Below, piece by piece: positions 63,636-64,000 of a stretch of DNA of 64,000 bases. The stretch is from Camelus ferus (taxonomy: Eukaryota). Below the pieces are notes generated by a model. That model searched no databases, was not told where the DNA came from, and saw only the letters and a program-made list of their open reading frames with translations. Positions within the stretch are counted from its first letter, which is position 1. Every line of letters begins with the position of its first letter. Where the stretch lies: contig NC_045707.1 of NCBI RefSeq assembly GCF_009834535.1, forward strand, positions 58,344,001 to 58,408,000. Direction: 5' to 3'. The translations under genes were made by a program, and so were the position numbers.

Positions 63636-64000
63636 CCAATAAAGGATGTCAACTCTTGGCTTCATTCCCAGGCCAGAGAAGGTAGGAAAGGGACCAAGGT
63701 AAACTGGACGGCTGAGAAGGAAGTGTGTCCCAACTTGTTCAGTACAAATTCTTTAACCTTGTGGGCACCCTGGCAAGGGCGAGTCCACTTTGCACAGGGG
63801 AAAAGGCTTTGCTGGCAGGATAGTTACTGTCAAAGAAGGCTGAGTGTGGGAACTGTGGGGACGTGTATTGGTGGGGGAGCGTGAAGAAATCGATATGGCC
63901 AAAATGCAGATGCTAAAATGCAGGTACCTGACAGCCAGACTCAGAACTTTGATCACACAAAGCACCCCACAGTCACCTGGTGTTTGTATTACTGCTCCCT

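Noticed and set aside
1..64000. A novel multi-gene or prokaryote-style system (operon, CRISPR, defence island)
   Set aside because: The sequence is mammalian and rich in SINE/LINE/LTR fossils; it has no long ORFs with recognisable domains other than transposon remnants
30000..64000. SYT1 terminal exons on the minus strand, expected from human synteny
   Set aside because: No C2-domain-like coding sequence recognised; the gene presumably lies beyond the window

Overview
Mammalian genomic DNA, most likely camelid (Camelus/Vicugna/Lama), inferred from four short tRNA-derived Vic-1-type SINEs. The only protein-coding sequence I can support is the terminal coding exon of PAWR (Par-4) at 1741-1827 (+), DLDDIEDENEQLKQENKTLLKVVGQLTR*. 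An AT-rich 3'UTR with several candidate poly(A) signals follows. The remaining ~57 kb looks intergenic; in human this interval lies between PAWR and SYT1, and I found no SYT1 exon here. It is dominated by fossil repeats: MIR, L2, old and lineage-specific L1 3' ends, MER5/MER33/MER58-type hAT elements, MaLR/ERVL LTRs, one TSD-flanked ERV1-type solo LTR and a near full-length decayed Tigger1. Nearly all ORF-track entries are chance or repeat-derived. I see no convincing new biological system. The best leads are small: a cryptic exon that could truncate the Par-4 leucine zipper, an inverted SINE pair, a 92-bp duplication with reciprocal TG/CA differences beside NF-kB sites, a strong CTCF motif, a RUNX-Oct-PU.1 composite, and a head-to-head L1 junction. 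Repeat family names and most repeat boundaries come from visual recognition and are approximate.
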